DNA of 64,000 nucleotides from Octopus sinensis (lineage: Eukaryota): NCBI RefSeq assembly GCF_006345805.1, contig NC_043000.1:73346001-73410000 (forward strand), read 5' to 3'. The notes under the pieces are model-generated. The model saw only the letters and a program-made list of their open reading frames with translations. It did not search any database and was not told where the DNA came from. The position numbers were made by a program, and so were the translations under genes. Positions 25,366 to 37,869 of this stretch are shown piece after piece; position 1 is the stretch's first letter; every line of letters starts with the position of its first letter.

Positions 25366-26258
25366 ACTGTCTTTATGTCTCATGAGAAATGACTCAGCCC
25401 AATCTACACCAGGCATATTCCCTTTGAATCTTCTCATATCGACACCTCGACGATCCAAGTAACCTTTAACAATCAATTGCAAATCATAGGTGTCCATCAG
25501 ATAGCCCCAAGAGGTGCACAGCATGAGCCTTTGTAAAACATTTTCCTCCTCACCTGAAGATAAAACAGTCTGTTCACCGTGTTTCTTGATATTTTTCTCC
25601 AACTTGATGTGCCAATGAAGAACACTCTTAAGAATTTTGAAGTCCTCTTCTGGTTTTCTGAGTGTCATTCCATTGGCAACGGCGCTTTTGGCGGCTTCTA
25701 GCTGCTCAGGATTTATGTTGGCGTATTTTTTCTTCCTAGGAACTGGTTTGTACTGTCGCGGCATGGTGTCCCTATTCACCCCTACAAAACACCAAAATAG
25801 GGGTGAAAGCAGAAATAGGTGGTGGTAAGGATAACAATGGATTTTCTGGGAAATCAGACATGTGCAGTGTGTTTGGAAACCTGTTGCAAGAGACTGAGCG
25901 GGTTGGAGCACCCTTGCTGGTACAACCTCTCCTGCAGAAAGAAAGTTCTGACAATTTTGCCTTTTCGTGACAAAAATGAAACTGGGAATTCTGGTTGCCA
26001 TGGCTACCGGCAGGATGATAATATCAAAGTGATCTCATTGAATGAAAGGCATATATATGTACCTACAAAATAACTAGAAAGAAACAAGCACAATTTGAGT
26101 CATCTCAAATTTATTGTTCTAAATCTCATTGAATGAAAGGCATATATATGTACCTACAAAATAACTAGAAAGAAACAAGCACAATTTTGAGTCATCTCAA
26201 ATTTATTGTTCAAAAATATTTTTTCTCTGTTATTGTCCCTATTCACCCCGGATTACGA
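25366..26258 (-). mobile_element. pogo/Fot1-like transposon 5' fragment (psq-type HTH plus CENP-B-type HTH)
   Basis: MPRQYK...LEAAKSAVANGMTLRK...LKSVLHWH...TVLSSGEEE...WGY...PGVDWAESFLMRH. Terminus TA-tcgtaatccggggtgaatagggac, with an internal copy of the motif near 25765. Confidence 0.8.
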
Positions 26259-26260
26259 TA

Positions 26261-28450
26261 CATCATGAACTTCAAATGTAAACCCAGTCTTTTTTATGGC
26301 CTTCCTAAAATTACACAAGAGCAAGATAATCAATGAAGCCTGCAAACAATCACCAGGCAAATACATAAATATCCAAATGCCAGAAGACTTACCTTTAAGA
26401 CCCATTGTAGATGGGTCAGCCTGTGAAACCCACCACCTAAGCAATTTTCTAGACATCCTACTGAAACTCTTGCTGAAATACATCAAAAGTTTCATTAGAG
26501 ATGATTTAGACATGCTAGAACACCTACCAAAAACAATTAATGAAGAGGCAATATTGGTTACCCTCGATGTTATCAATCTTTACACCAACACCCCCATGAC
26601 TATGGAATAAAAGCAATTAAATTCTGGTTGGAAAAGTACTCCTAGAACACATAAATCAGATATTTATTATTGAATCTTTAAAATTTATACTTCAGAACAA
26701 TTATTTCCTATTTGATGACATTTACTATCATCAGAATGCGGAATTGTGATGGGAATGAAAGCAGCCCCTGTACTTGCGGACCTAATAATGGGTTATTTTG
26801 AATTCACCTGATATGAAGTATCACTTCAGAAATATGGTTACCCATTTTACCTCTACATAAGAGAAAATTGGAAAAGATACCTGGATGACTATTTTATCAT
26901 TTGGAAGAACATCGACAAACTTTTGGATTTCAAATCAACACTAAATGATATAAATTGTAACATTCAATTCACAATGGAATATAACAAAGTACAGCTCCCA
27001 TTTTCAGACATCATGATAAAAAAAATCAACAATCAAATCATAACTGACATCTATTATAAACCAACTGATTCAAAACAATATCTCCTCTTTAACTCATGCC
27101 ACCCGAAACACATCAAAATAAATATCCCTTTCAATTTGGCAAAAAGGATTTGCACAATAGTGTCTGATAGAACAACTTGGGACCTTTGTCTTCAAGACCT
27201 CAAAGCTACACTTACTGAAAGACAATATTCACCCTCACTTATCAATGAGGGAATTAAATGTGCCAAACAATTAGACATAAAAACACTAAGAAAAACAAAA
27301 CATAACATCACACCTCATCTCAAAACATTACTATTTATATCAACACACAACCCCAGAAACAGTGAGGCATTCAACACTATTGTGCAAAATCTTCCTTTAC
27401 TAACTAGAGATCCAAAAATGAACGACATCCTGAAAACAAACAAACTCATCAAATGCAAAAAACAAGACAAATCACTAAAGAGACTACTAACAAATGCGAA
27501 GCTTTACAAAACAACATGAAACCAACAGTTGAAAAATGTGGATGCCCAAACTGTAGAACCTGCCCCAACCTACTCGAAGGCTCAGATTTCCTTTTCAAAC
27601 AAGTTCAGAGGTTCACAATTAAAACTAGTTTCACTTGTGCCTCTGAGAACCTAATTTATGTAATAACCTGCTTGGGTTTGGCGACAACTGTATTGGACAG
27701 ACGAGTCTGACCTTGAGAAAGAGAACTACTCTACATAAAGAGCAAATCCATTTCCTGCAATACAGACAAATTCCTTTCAGTGAACATATAGAAAAATGTG
27801 CAGATAACATCAAACCAAATTTCACAGTCTTCCCCTTCTACCAGTACAAAGACACAACCTCTCCACAAGAACGTTTAAATAAAGAAACTTATTTCAATTC
27901 ACGATTACATCACTGTACTTAAACCCCCTCACTAAACAAGTTTTTTGAAACCTTTTTTGTCTGTTCATATAGATTCCCCTCCCCTTACTGAAAGCTGAAC
28001 AGTTATCTCCCTTGCCCACAACAATAACGATAACCAATTACCTCCCCTTATTTTTCTACTTGTGAAGTCATTCACTCATAAATATCATCACACACAACAT
28101 GGACAAAATATCTTCTTAAGAAAATACATATTCAAATAAGTAAACCATAATATCATGAATAGTGATAGCGAAACCAGTCGATATATTAAAACTTTGTAAA
28201 GTGTGTGTATTTTCCTTTTTTAATTTCTTATATATATTACAACTCAGCACGTGGGGATAATCAAAATTCCTCCTTTCTGTTACTACTACTATTTACTACA
28301 TGTGGAACAGAAAATGCCACCAAAGCCCACTTCAAACTCATTGGACAAAATTACCAACGAGGACATATTAAAAGAATTGAAAGAAATTAACTCGAATTTT
28401 GTTATTCTAACTAACAAAATAGATGGACTATAGAAAAATATAACAAAATA
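26261..28450 (+). mobile_element. Penelope-like element (RT + GIY-YIG), 5' truncated, followed by a probable partial 5' repeat
   Basis: LRPIV, LVTLDVINLYTN, WKRYLDD, DIYYKPTD, SCHPKH, CPNCRTC, NLIYVITC, IGQT. A new ORF start MPPKPTS...DILKELKEI at ~28315 follows the 3' UTR. Confidence 0.9.
28149..28187 (+). ncRNA. Hammerhead ribozyme relic in the Penelope-like 3' UTR
   Basis: aatatc-ATGAATA-gtgatagc-GAA-ACCAGT-C-gatatatt keeps HHR geometry with two core substitutions and one change in palindromic ACCGGT. Confidence 0.5.
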
Positions 28451-28453
28451 GAG

Positions 28454-31400
28454 AAATATACTGAAACACTGCTTTCAAGCTACGTGATGAATGCAGCATA
28501 CAAACGTGTCTTAGACCTAAAACATGTTTTGACAGAGTTTGTCACGTTTTTGTAATGCTTTATCCAATTCTTTACTCATATTCATTCGCATTCAGATCAT
28601 CAGAGTACGAATACACCTGATATTCGTCTTCCGCTAGTCAACACATTCAGTAAGGGGGCATCAAAAATAAATTATCATGGAGGACCATTTCTCACCTGGC
28701 GACCTTCATATTTCCCCGATCTCATCACCTTTCAAACTGATCCCCACATAATCCCACCTGATTCAGCATTGAATATTGCTGGGTCCCAGTCGGAAACTGT
28801 AGATGTGCTCTCAGCCAGTCAGCCTCCTGTTGTAAGTGATCTCTCATTACACTGTTGTTATCCACAGCAGAAAGTCTAAAGAGAGCGCTGAAAGTGGACT
28901 GCTACTTCTGCTCTCAGAAATGGTGATCCATCTAAAATGCCGCATTAAAACGCTCAAGTAAAAAAAGATTCTGTACATCCATTTATTACGACATCATCCA
29001 AAAGCTACCCGAAACATTTTCTCATTTGCATGGATACCACAGTGGATGTTCAGTTTCTAGAAACGACTCCTAGTCCATTATCAAGAAAACGCAAAATACC
29101 AACAGTGCTGCCCACATCTTCTGCTGGCATTTACTCAAGTCTGCGTATTCTGTGATTTGAAGCACAAGTCAAAAGGCAGGAGTGGAGGAGAGAGTCTGAC
29201 TACTTGTCAAACTTTCGATGCACAAGAGTCAATTAAATGGGCAGCCACGACAATAGCAGCAAAAAACAATGATGACACTGTGCTCAAAAAAAATCGCTGG
29301 AATAGATATGATCGCTAAAGAAGTAAAGTACCATCAAAGCTGTAAGAATATTTTCTCCAAACGCACGCGGGCATTGAAGGAAAAGGATGACAAAACGAGT
29401 GAACCAAAAGGACAAGCGATGGAATTACTTTCTGACTACATAAGGAAATACGTACTAAATCAGAAACAACTGGAATTGCTGACATCCCTTTACACATGAC
29501 ATGTCGAATATTGCCAGGATGCCGTTTTCAACAGGTCAGTATTTGAGTAAATGGATTGTGTGAAAATTTTAAGACAATATCAAAGTATAATCGCCCAAGG
29601 TGTGGTAGTCTATTCTGCTGCAGTCCAAGATGACGCAGTAAGAACAGAGTTTGATTTCACTTCCTCCCCTGAGGAAGTGCTGTTGCTCTGGAAGGAATTG
29701 AAGAGTGTGAAAAAGTGAAACCTGAACTATCCACTGACCACGTTGCATGGAGAGGGGGACCCTACTGACTTGGTGAAGACTTTCTACCGGAATTTTTATG
29801 GTGGTTTTGGCAAGTAAACCCCCAGGACAATTCGTTGTGCTGATGCTGCTAGTCAGGATGCCTTGTTTGTCATTACTCATGGAGCAATCAAACCCTGCAA
29901 ACGCATCACAATGGGTATGGGTCTGAAATCTATGACAGGCAGCAGAAAGGTGGTCACCCTCTTGAACTGTTATGGCTACAGCATCAATTATCATTTCGCA
30001 GAGGAATTAGAGACTGAGTTGGCCTTTGACCACATCATCCCCGAGGGTGTACAACCAAACCGAGTAATGGGGAATGCCTACGATAATTATGACAAACTCA
30101 CCTACACGATACGATGGGCATCCTTTACGAAAATGGAGATGAAACAGATTGAGGATGGCGTGATGCATCAGAACGGATAGTCCTGACTCCTTGGGAGAAA
30201 CCACAGAAAAAGAGCAAGTTGGATACAGACGAGACTGCATTCCTGCTTTACAGGAAGACACCAAGAGTGAAATCGTTTTGTTACAGTAAGACAAACATGT
30301 GGGACAGGTCCATTGTGACACTGCTGAAAGCTTGCAAGGCAGATTACATGTTCATGATGAGCCACGCCTTCAAAATAGATGGAACACCAATGTGGAGTGC
30401 ATTCAATGCCAGGTATCACATGGATACAATTCCAAGACAGAAGATCTACATGCTTAACATCAGTCATTCCTTAACCAGTTTGGATGTTGTGGCTGAAACT
30501 CTACGGCTGACACAGAATTGCACTCTGGAATGCAACCAACTGTATGGTCTCGTGACATACAACCTCGCAATAGTGAAAGCTGCCATCAGAATCCAAGACA
30601 CCGAAAGTCTGACCTTCGACAACGTATTCATAATTTTCGGCCAATTACATCTCCAGATGTGCAGTTTCAAGGCGATTGGCAAACTATTGGCTGAGTCAGG
30701 TTGCCCAAGAATCCTTACAAAGTGCGACAACGTACTTGCTCCTGGATCGTTGAAGGGATTCTAGTCTGGCATTCATTTCAACAGATGTAAGTGGCTGCAT
30801 CCAATCATGGCTCTTGCATTCGAGTGTCTTCACTTCAAAGCATTCTTTCAAAGTTATGAAATTGACGACATCAAAGTCCAGCTTGCGGTGGAAGAGGCAC
30901 TCAGTACCCCAACTTGTCCTGTTACTTCCAATCTATTGGAGAAAGTCATCTATGATTGCATAAAATTTTCGGAAGAGACAAAGGATGAAGCTTGAGGACC
31001 TATGGCTCAATTCTGGATGGATTACATTGAAAGAATGCACGATTATCATGTACTCTTTCATGCCATCAGAACAAACAATGTCGACTTGTTCATAGACGCT
31101 CTCACTCTGATCATCTCTCTGCTGTTCGCAACCGATCGACAGAACTATGCTAGGTATATGACGAGACACACCTTGGATTAAGAGGCTTGCTTGATTGTGG
31201 TAGGTTCACCATTTGTAGAACCAGTAATTCATTCTCAAGGTGTCTTATTGATCTAACACTGGAACAGACAATCAATGCTGATGCTGCTTCTTGGCTCATG
31301 GGGTTGTCAGCTATGACGAACAACTATACAACTATGATTATATTCAGTTTGATGAGCTGAATATTTTTGTGGAAGAATTTACACTGGAGCAGAAAGTCTA

Positions 31401-31520
31401 ATTAAGACCTAATTAATGATCTAATTAAAGATTTCTTATTGTCTTCCAATACTTGGGATGTTTCTTAATTTCTTCCTTCCATGTCAGCTGGGTCAACTGG
31501 GTTTAAGACATGTTTCTATG
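28454..31520 (+). mobile_element. Academ-like DNA transposon, internally deleted and decayed
   Basis: CVFC, IAGIDMIAKEVKYHQSC, ITHGAIKPCK..MGLKSMTGSRKVV, LVTYNLAIVKAAIRIQ..FDNVFIIFGQLH, HFNRCKWLHPIMALA. Superfamily assigned from motif recall only. Confidence 0.6.
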
Positions 31521-31524
31521 TTGC

Positions 31525-32710
31525 ATTCATCACGTTGCATTCAAATTGCAGAATACGCAGACCTGAGAGTAAATGCCGGCAGATGTGGGCACCACTGTTG
31601 GTATTTTACGTTTTCTTGGTAATGGACTAGGAGTTGTTTCTAGAGGCTGAACATCATCTGTGATAGCTGTGAAATCTTTATAACAACCACTGTGGTATTT
31701 GTGCAAATGAGAAAATGTTTCTGGTAGCTTTTGGAGGATGTCGTAATAAATGGATGTACAGAATCTTTCTTTACTTGAGCATTTTAATGCGGCATTTTGG
31801 ATGGATCACCATTTCTGAGAGCAGAAGTAGCAGTCCACTTTCAGCGCTCTCTTTAGACTTTCTGCTGTGGATAACACAGTGTAATGAGCGATCACTTACA
31901 ATGGGAGGCTGACTGGCTGAGAGTACATCTGCAGTTTCCGACTGGGACCCAGCAATATTCAATGCTGAATCAGGTGGGATTATGTAGGGATCAGTTTGAG
32001 AGGTGATGAGATTGGGGGAAGGTTGCCCCAGATCACCAGGTGAGAAATGGTCCTCTATGATAATTTATTTTTGATACCCCCTTACTGAATGTGTTGACTA
32101 GCGGAGGATGAATATCAGGCGTATTCGTACTCTGACGATCTGAATGCGAATGAATATGAGTAAAGAATTGGATAAAGCATTACAAAAACGTGACAAACTC
32201 TGTCAAAACATGTTTTAGGTCTAAGACACGTTTGTATGTTGCATTCATCACGTAGCTTGAAAACAGTGTTTCTGTATATTCCTCCTTAATTAGTGTGTAG
32301 TGATTAGTAGAAAATGCTTCTTAAATTAGAAATCCATACCTAAAATGGTTCTTAAGTGACATGAATAGATTCAGTTGGGTTTAGTGAACAATTCTGCAAA
32401 GTAATTGATGCTGGCGCAGAAAGTCTAATTAATTCCTAATTAAGTGTCTAATTAAAACTTCTTAATTTGTCTTTCCATACCCGTTTTTTTTCTTAAGTTT
32501 TCATTTAAGTATCACTTGTGTCTAAAGAGTAATATTCAATTTGATTCATTTCTGGAGCTTAAAGTCTAATTAAATTAGTTATTTACGCAAGTTGATTATC
32601 TCATAATTAATTAATCCATACCTAAGCATACTTAAGAATCACATTTCATGGTATTAGGACCATTTGTATACATATTGTGCCAAACCAGTATTTTGGAGCT
32701 TCAAGTCTAA
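31525..32710 (-). mobile_element. Second, inverted 5' fragment of the same Academ-like element with subterminal repeats
   Basis: 31530-32281 is a reverse-complement homologue of 28454-29160 (encodes YHSGCYKDFTA...CVFC). agaaagtctaatta-type repeats at ~31390 and 32420-32710. Confidence 0.75.
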
Positions 32711-32744
32711 TCAAATCAGAACTGGCTCCTCTATTATAATGGTG

Positions 32745-33010
32745 TCTGTTATGTCATCCATATTCATCAAACATTGCACCAAGTGACTATCATTTTGCAA
32801 GGAAAAAACTTCAAATCTGAAAATGCAAAAACAGCCTTTCATGATTTCATCACCTCTTGTTCTCCAGAATTCTTCATTGCTGGCATAAATAAGCTACCGA
32901 TAAAATGGCAAAATTGTGTTGATAATTTGATTAACTACATTGCTTTTTGTTGATATATAGTATAATAAACTTTCATTTCAAAATCTGACATTCATTCTTA
33001 ATGACCTGAT
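32745..33010 (+). mobile_element. mariner 3' fragment
   Basis: HPYSSNIAPSDYHF, GINKLPIKWQNCV, ending in TIR-like ttcttaatgacctgaTA. Confidence 0.75.
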
Positions 33011-35485
33011 ATAAATATATTTTGAAGAATTGGAAAATTCCACCTCTTCCTAACTAACTTGATATTTTTCCAGCCTTATCATTTAAGGTCTAAAGAGGAT
33101 AGCTCTTTTACCTTTTTACTTTTTATTGTAAATTTAGTTTTTGTGTTTTCGTCTTCCGTTTTCTATTTGCTACCTTCTTAGTTTTTCAGGTTTCTTCTAT
33201 TATTCAATTTGTTTTAGCTCGCTATATGTAGTTTGTATCTGAAGAAAATGTTTGAGGATTTCTCAACATATGAACCTTTTAGTAGTGCTTAAATACATGT
33301 ATTGTGCCCGTTAAGTAAATAATATATACATCTATATACTACTAAAACTCTCTGATTGCTTGCTTGTCTGTCATTTAATATAGCCAAACTAGCGCATAAT
33401 GGGAAAAATACATGTATTGTGCCCTTTGAGGTTTCCCTGAAATGTGCATACAAACAGAATAAAACAAGTTTTGCATAATTGGAGCACTGATTCTTGAGAT
33501 ATTGGCGGGGTTTGGGGTATAGATACCCCATAATGGGAAAATACTCCAAAAATAACATAACCCTCAAAGCGAAGAAACTCTAACCTTTCGATTAGACACA
33601 TTCTTGCCAATGAAAAAATGAGCTGCTTTTACAGTAAATGTTTCTATTTTCACTTTTGTTAAACACCATTTTAATCATTTAGAAATAATTTTAAGTGAAT
33701 GTGATTTAAAAAATGTAAGTTGTTTGTACAGTAAGTATTTATATTTTTAAAAATTATTTTTAAGTGAATACATTACAAAAATTTTTTTTGGCATATTTAA
33801 AAAATATTTAAAAATGAAAATGACTTCAAAAATATGGTAAATATTTCATAAAGGGCCCATTTGTAACCTTAGTTTGAAATAATTTTTTTCATAGGATTTT
33901 TCAAGTGCATTCAACGTATCTTACCTTCAAAGATTTGGCTGCTATTTCTAGCACGTCCTGCTATCACGTAATATCTATTTGTGATATAGGACCTGAAGTA
34001 GCTGTTACACGGTAGCAAGGTGTACAAGAAATAGCAGCTAAATTTTTCCTTTTCTAGGAAAAGGAGCCGTTTACACATGATTTCGATGTCATATTCATTG
34101 AAAGCATGTGAAATAACATAGAAAAGAAAAAAATCCACAAAACAAAATTCTGTTGGTGGAAAAACTCCGAGGTCCCAACTATCCCTCCCCACTCTCTTTT
34201 CTGGAAGAAAGTTGCTTGTGTAGGGGTTTGAAGATGAGATGCATTGAATGCACTTGAAAAAACCTGTGGAAAAAATTATTTCACACCGAAGTACAAATGA
34301 GTCTGTTACAAAATATTTACCTAGGATAGGAACAGGCATGCAAATAGAAGGATCAATGAGACTGATAAAGCAAGGGCTGAATGTCTGGTAGAACAGAGGG
34401 AAAGAGACAAAGTAGAAAACATGAATTGGATGCTCATGTAAATACAAATGGAATAAAACAAGTTTCATGCAAATTGAACCATGGGTTACCGAGATACCCA
34501 GTTTTTTGAGGTACCTTTATAAATAGTCAAACTGGCATATAATGGGGAAAATGCTTTGAACGTAAGGTACCATTGAAATGTGAATACAAATGGAATAACA
34601 GAAGTAAATCAGACCATGGATTCCTGAGATTCTTTTCGGGTATCTTGAACTGTTGGTGGCTCAACAAGCCATGGGTAGTCTAGTCTTATATATAAATAGA
34701 ACTTTCTGTCTGTTACCATCTTGCTGCCTATACCAACAAACCAATCTTCATGAAACTGTATACATGTTAAACTAACATCCAGTTCGATTATAGGCTAATT
34801 GGATTTCAATAAAAATTGATAATGGGCTCCCTATGGGTGTTGGGCTATTATATAATAAAATAAGAAGGGTGCTAAGAGTGTTAGGTTGAGGGAAATAAAT
34901 AGAAGGTGACTGATATCAGGGAATGGGAAGAGACAGAGAGAGAATGAGAGATAGGGACAGAATGAAAGAGAGAGAGAATGTGTTTACTGAAGGGAACAAC
35001 GAATTTCAATACTTTGTTCTTTAATTTTTACCAATCAGTTAATGCATGTGCTTTAGTGAATTAATTATTGTATGCTCAGTTAAAACTTTTATAATTTGTC
35101 CAACAACAGATGTAAAATTAATACATGAAAGGTAAAGAGTTTTTATATTTGTTTTCCAGTCACTGTATTAAGATTTATTAGAACTTTACCAATGTACTGA
35201 AACAATAAAACTATAGATAATGTCTTTCATTTTGTTCCATGGCTAAAACTGTTTCATTCTTAACATAAATTGAAATATAACACACAATTCAAACTAGAAG
35301 ATGTAAGAATATAGAAAAATTCAGAGGAGTTGTTTCTTTACATTGCACCTTCAATACTACTTATATGGAATTTTACATAATTTCAAGGTTCTAATGATTC
35401 AGAAAAATATTCAATTCTATCTTCCAATTTTCAAGATAACCGTAGAATTTTCCATGGGCTACTACTACTACTAATACTACTACTC

Positions 35486-35531
<46 letters not shown>

Positions 35532-36067
35532 CTAACTGAATAACCCATCGTTGTTAGGCAGTTTTTACAATAGAATGTCTTATATAAATTTTTGTTTATT
35601 CCATATCAGACTGTTAATCAGGATAGATTTGTTCAATTTTTTGCCAAAAAATTTCGTTGATGGTCTTTTTCCTTTTTAAATTATTTACATGTTTGTTCGA
35701 CCATTTCACAGGACTTTATTCATTAAAACTTCAGAAGTTTTTATAACTTTGGTAATTGTAATGCTTTGCTTTCGTTTGTTTAATAAAAATTCCTCCTCAT
35801 GCAGAAAATACCAGCTTCCAAATCCTGTTTTCTGATTAGGTAAAATTGATTGAACTTTGAACCCTAGTAACATTTTACTGCAATTTTTCTGGAACAAATA
35901 AATAACAAAATCAGATTTAACGTGAACGTAATTTTAAAATTTTACTATGTAACATCAACAGGGAAGACCCTACAGAAGTAGAGAGATAGACATGAAACAG
36001 TGTAATGGGAACAGGAAATGGAAATAGCCCCCAATTTTCTGGGTATTACTGGGTAATTCAGCTAGTA

Positions 36068-36117
<50 letters not shown>

Positions 36118-36125
36118 CACACACA

Positions 36126-36691
36126 CATGGTGTTCAAGAAGTCTCTCTACAGTCAGTATTTTATTGCGAAATAAATATAAGATGGTATAGGACTAGAAAA
36201 GAATATATTAACCTTTACAAGACCTTATAAAACTTTTTAAGAGCCATTGAAAGTGTTGTCTTTCATTTCAGTACGTAAGTTGACTCTTCTACATGTTTTA
36301 AAATACATCTTGGAGAGTCTGATGCAGTATGGACCATGTGACGGTTATAATTGCATTTTATAGCTCATTAATGGTTTTCAGGCAATTCTTGTACACTGAT
36401 CCTTTACTTGCTCCCCAGAAAATAAAGTCTGGTGGTGTTAAATCAGGTGATCTTGGTGGCCAAAGTCCCTTTGAAATAATCAGTTCACTGAAAATCTCTT
36501 GAAGTAGTGCCATGGTGATGCGTGAAGTATGTGCTGTAGCTTCATCTTGCTGAAAGTATGCATTATTAATTTCACTTTCAGTGAGTTGGCCTACAAATGG
36601 ATAGACAATATTTGAGCCCACACAGTGAAAGACAAGTTGTGCATGCACAGGGTGAAAAAATTCATGGCAGAGTGACATTTTGAACACCCTG
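36126..36691 (-). mobile_element. Tc1-mariner superfamily deletion derivative, DDxD type (38-residue spacing)
   Basis: YFQQDEATAH...WPPRSPDLTPPDFIFWG. Imperfect TIRs catggtgttcaag / ttgaacaccctg in TA context. Confidence 0.85.
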
Positions 36692-36701
36692 TATATATAT
36701 A

Positions 36702-36759
<58 letters not shown>

Positions 36760-36761
<2 letters not shown>

Positions 36762-37420
36762 TGTCACTCTGAATTTTTGAAAATACTTAAATGTAATTTC
36801 TCTTATTTTTTTTCTTGGAGAGCATCCAAAGAGATACATTTTGGTACCTCATTTGTGAAATTTGGATGAATAGTTTAGGAAATATGACAATTTGAGTTGT
36901 CTGAGAATTGGTCGAAATCTTGCCTAATTGACCTAAATGAATAATTAGTCCTATTTCTGATGTCATGTCTTTGCACCTGAGTTGATAATCATTGTTAGAT
37001 TAATAGTGACCATGGTATAGCTGTTGCCTATGTTTTTTGCAGATTCTTTGAAAGGAAACTTTCTTTGGCAATTTTTTAAATATTCATGTAAAGCCTATTT
37101 TGTTACATGTCTCAAACAGTCAATTTCACTGTTTTCAGACCTAGCTAAATCAAAAAGTACAAGCCACAGGGACTTGAGTTTTGACACATTTGTAGTAGGT
37201 ATAGGACTGAATAAATCCTGAGATTTTAGGATGACACCATAGTAAAAATAATTTTAATGAACTGTGAAAAATGACTATAAATTATGAAGTTTCAGATCAT
37301 GATGCCCACATAACTTGGATTTTCTCCATTTTGATGGGAATTCTTCCCTCCAGCCCCACTCTTTTATTATATTTTTTTAAATTACTGTCTTAGAAATGAT
37401 GAGGGTAAGCTTAGGAAAAA
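36760..37420. repeat. Dispersed non-coding repeat (probable MITE), copy 2
   Basis: Inverted homologue of 14690-15440. Confidence 0.7.
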
Positions 37421-37664
37421 AAATGTCTGCTGTGATGAAATTATTTTCTCAGTATTTTAATGCATATAAAGATATGAGCAGCCTTGAATTTATAGTTTAT
37501 CATTAAAACCATGTTGATTATTATCTTATATTGACAGAGAAGAAGAAAATTATTATTATGGAAGAAAATAATTGCTCTCTTTTTTTTTTTCCAGTCATCT
37601 TATTCAATGAGAACTTTTTAGATAATTGCTTTGAATGCAGTGATGCAAAGAATGCTCATTCATT

Positions 37665-37752
37665 ATGTCATCTGATACTGACTGTGATTTTGATGCTGTT
37701 TGGCTTCAGCAGTCTTCACAAATACAGAACTCACTACCAATTTCTGCATCTG
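37665..37752 (+). CDS. Candidate first coding exon of an unidentified host gene (exon 37595-37752): MSSDTDCDFDAVWLQQSSQIQNSLPISAS
   Basis: Strong acceptor (long T tract + ccag), in-frame TGA 8 codons before the ATG, phase-1 donor TG|gtaaat. Sequence looks non-repetitive. Confidence 0.55.
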
Positions 37753-37869
37753 GTAAATATCCATTTTTTTTCTTGTACAGTCTGGTTTGCCTAAGTATTT
37801 TGGTTCTAAACTATAAGAAGAAAAATACAAATTAATTTGTCATTGAGTATTGGGTTTGATAGGGTTTAA

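Noticed and set aside
33911-34468. 185-aa minus-strand ORF
   Set aside because: No recognisable motif, and it is flanked by repeated non-coding modules (33300-33610, 34430-34620). Likely inside an unclassified repeat.
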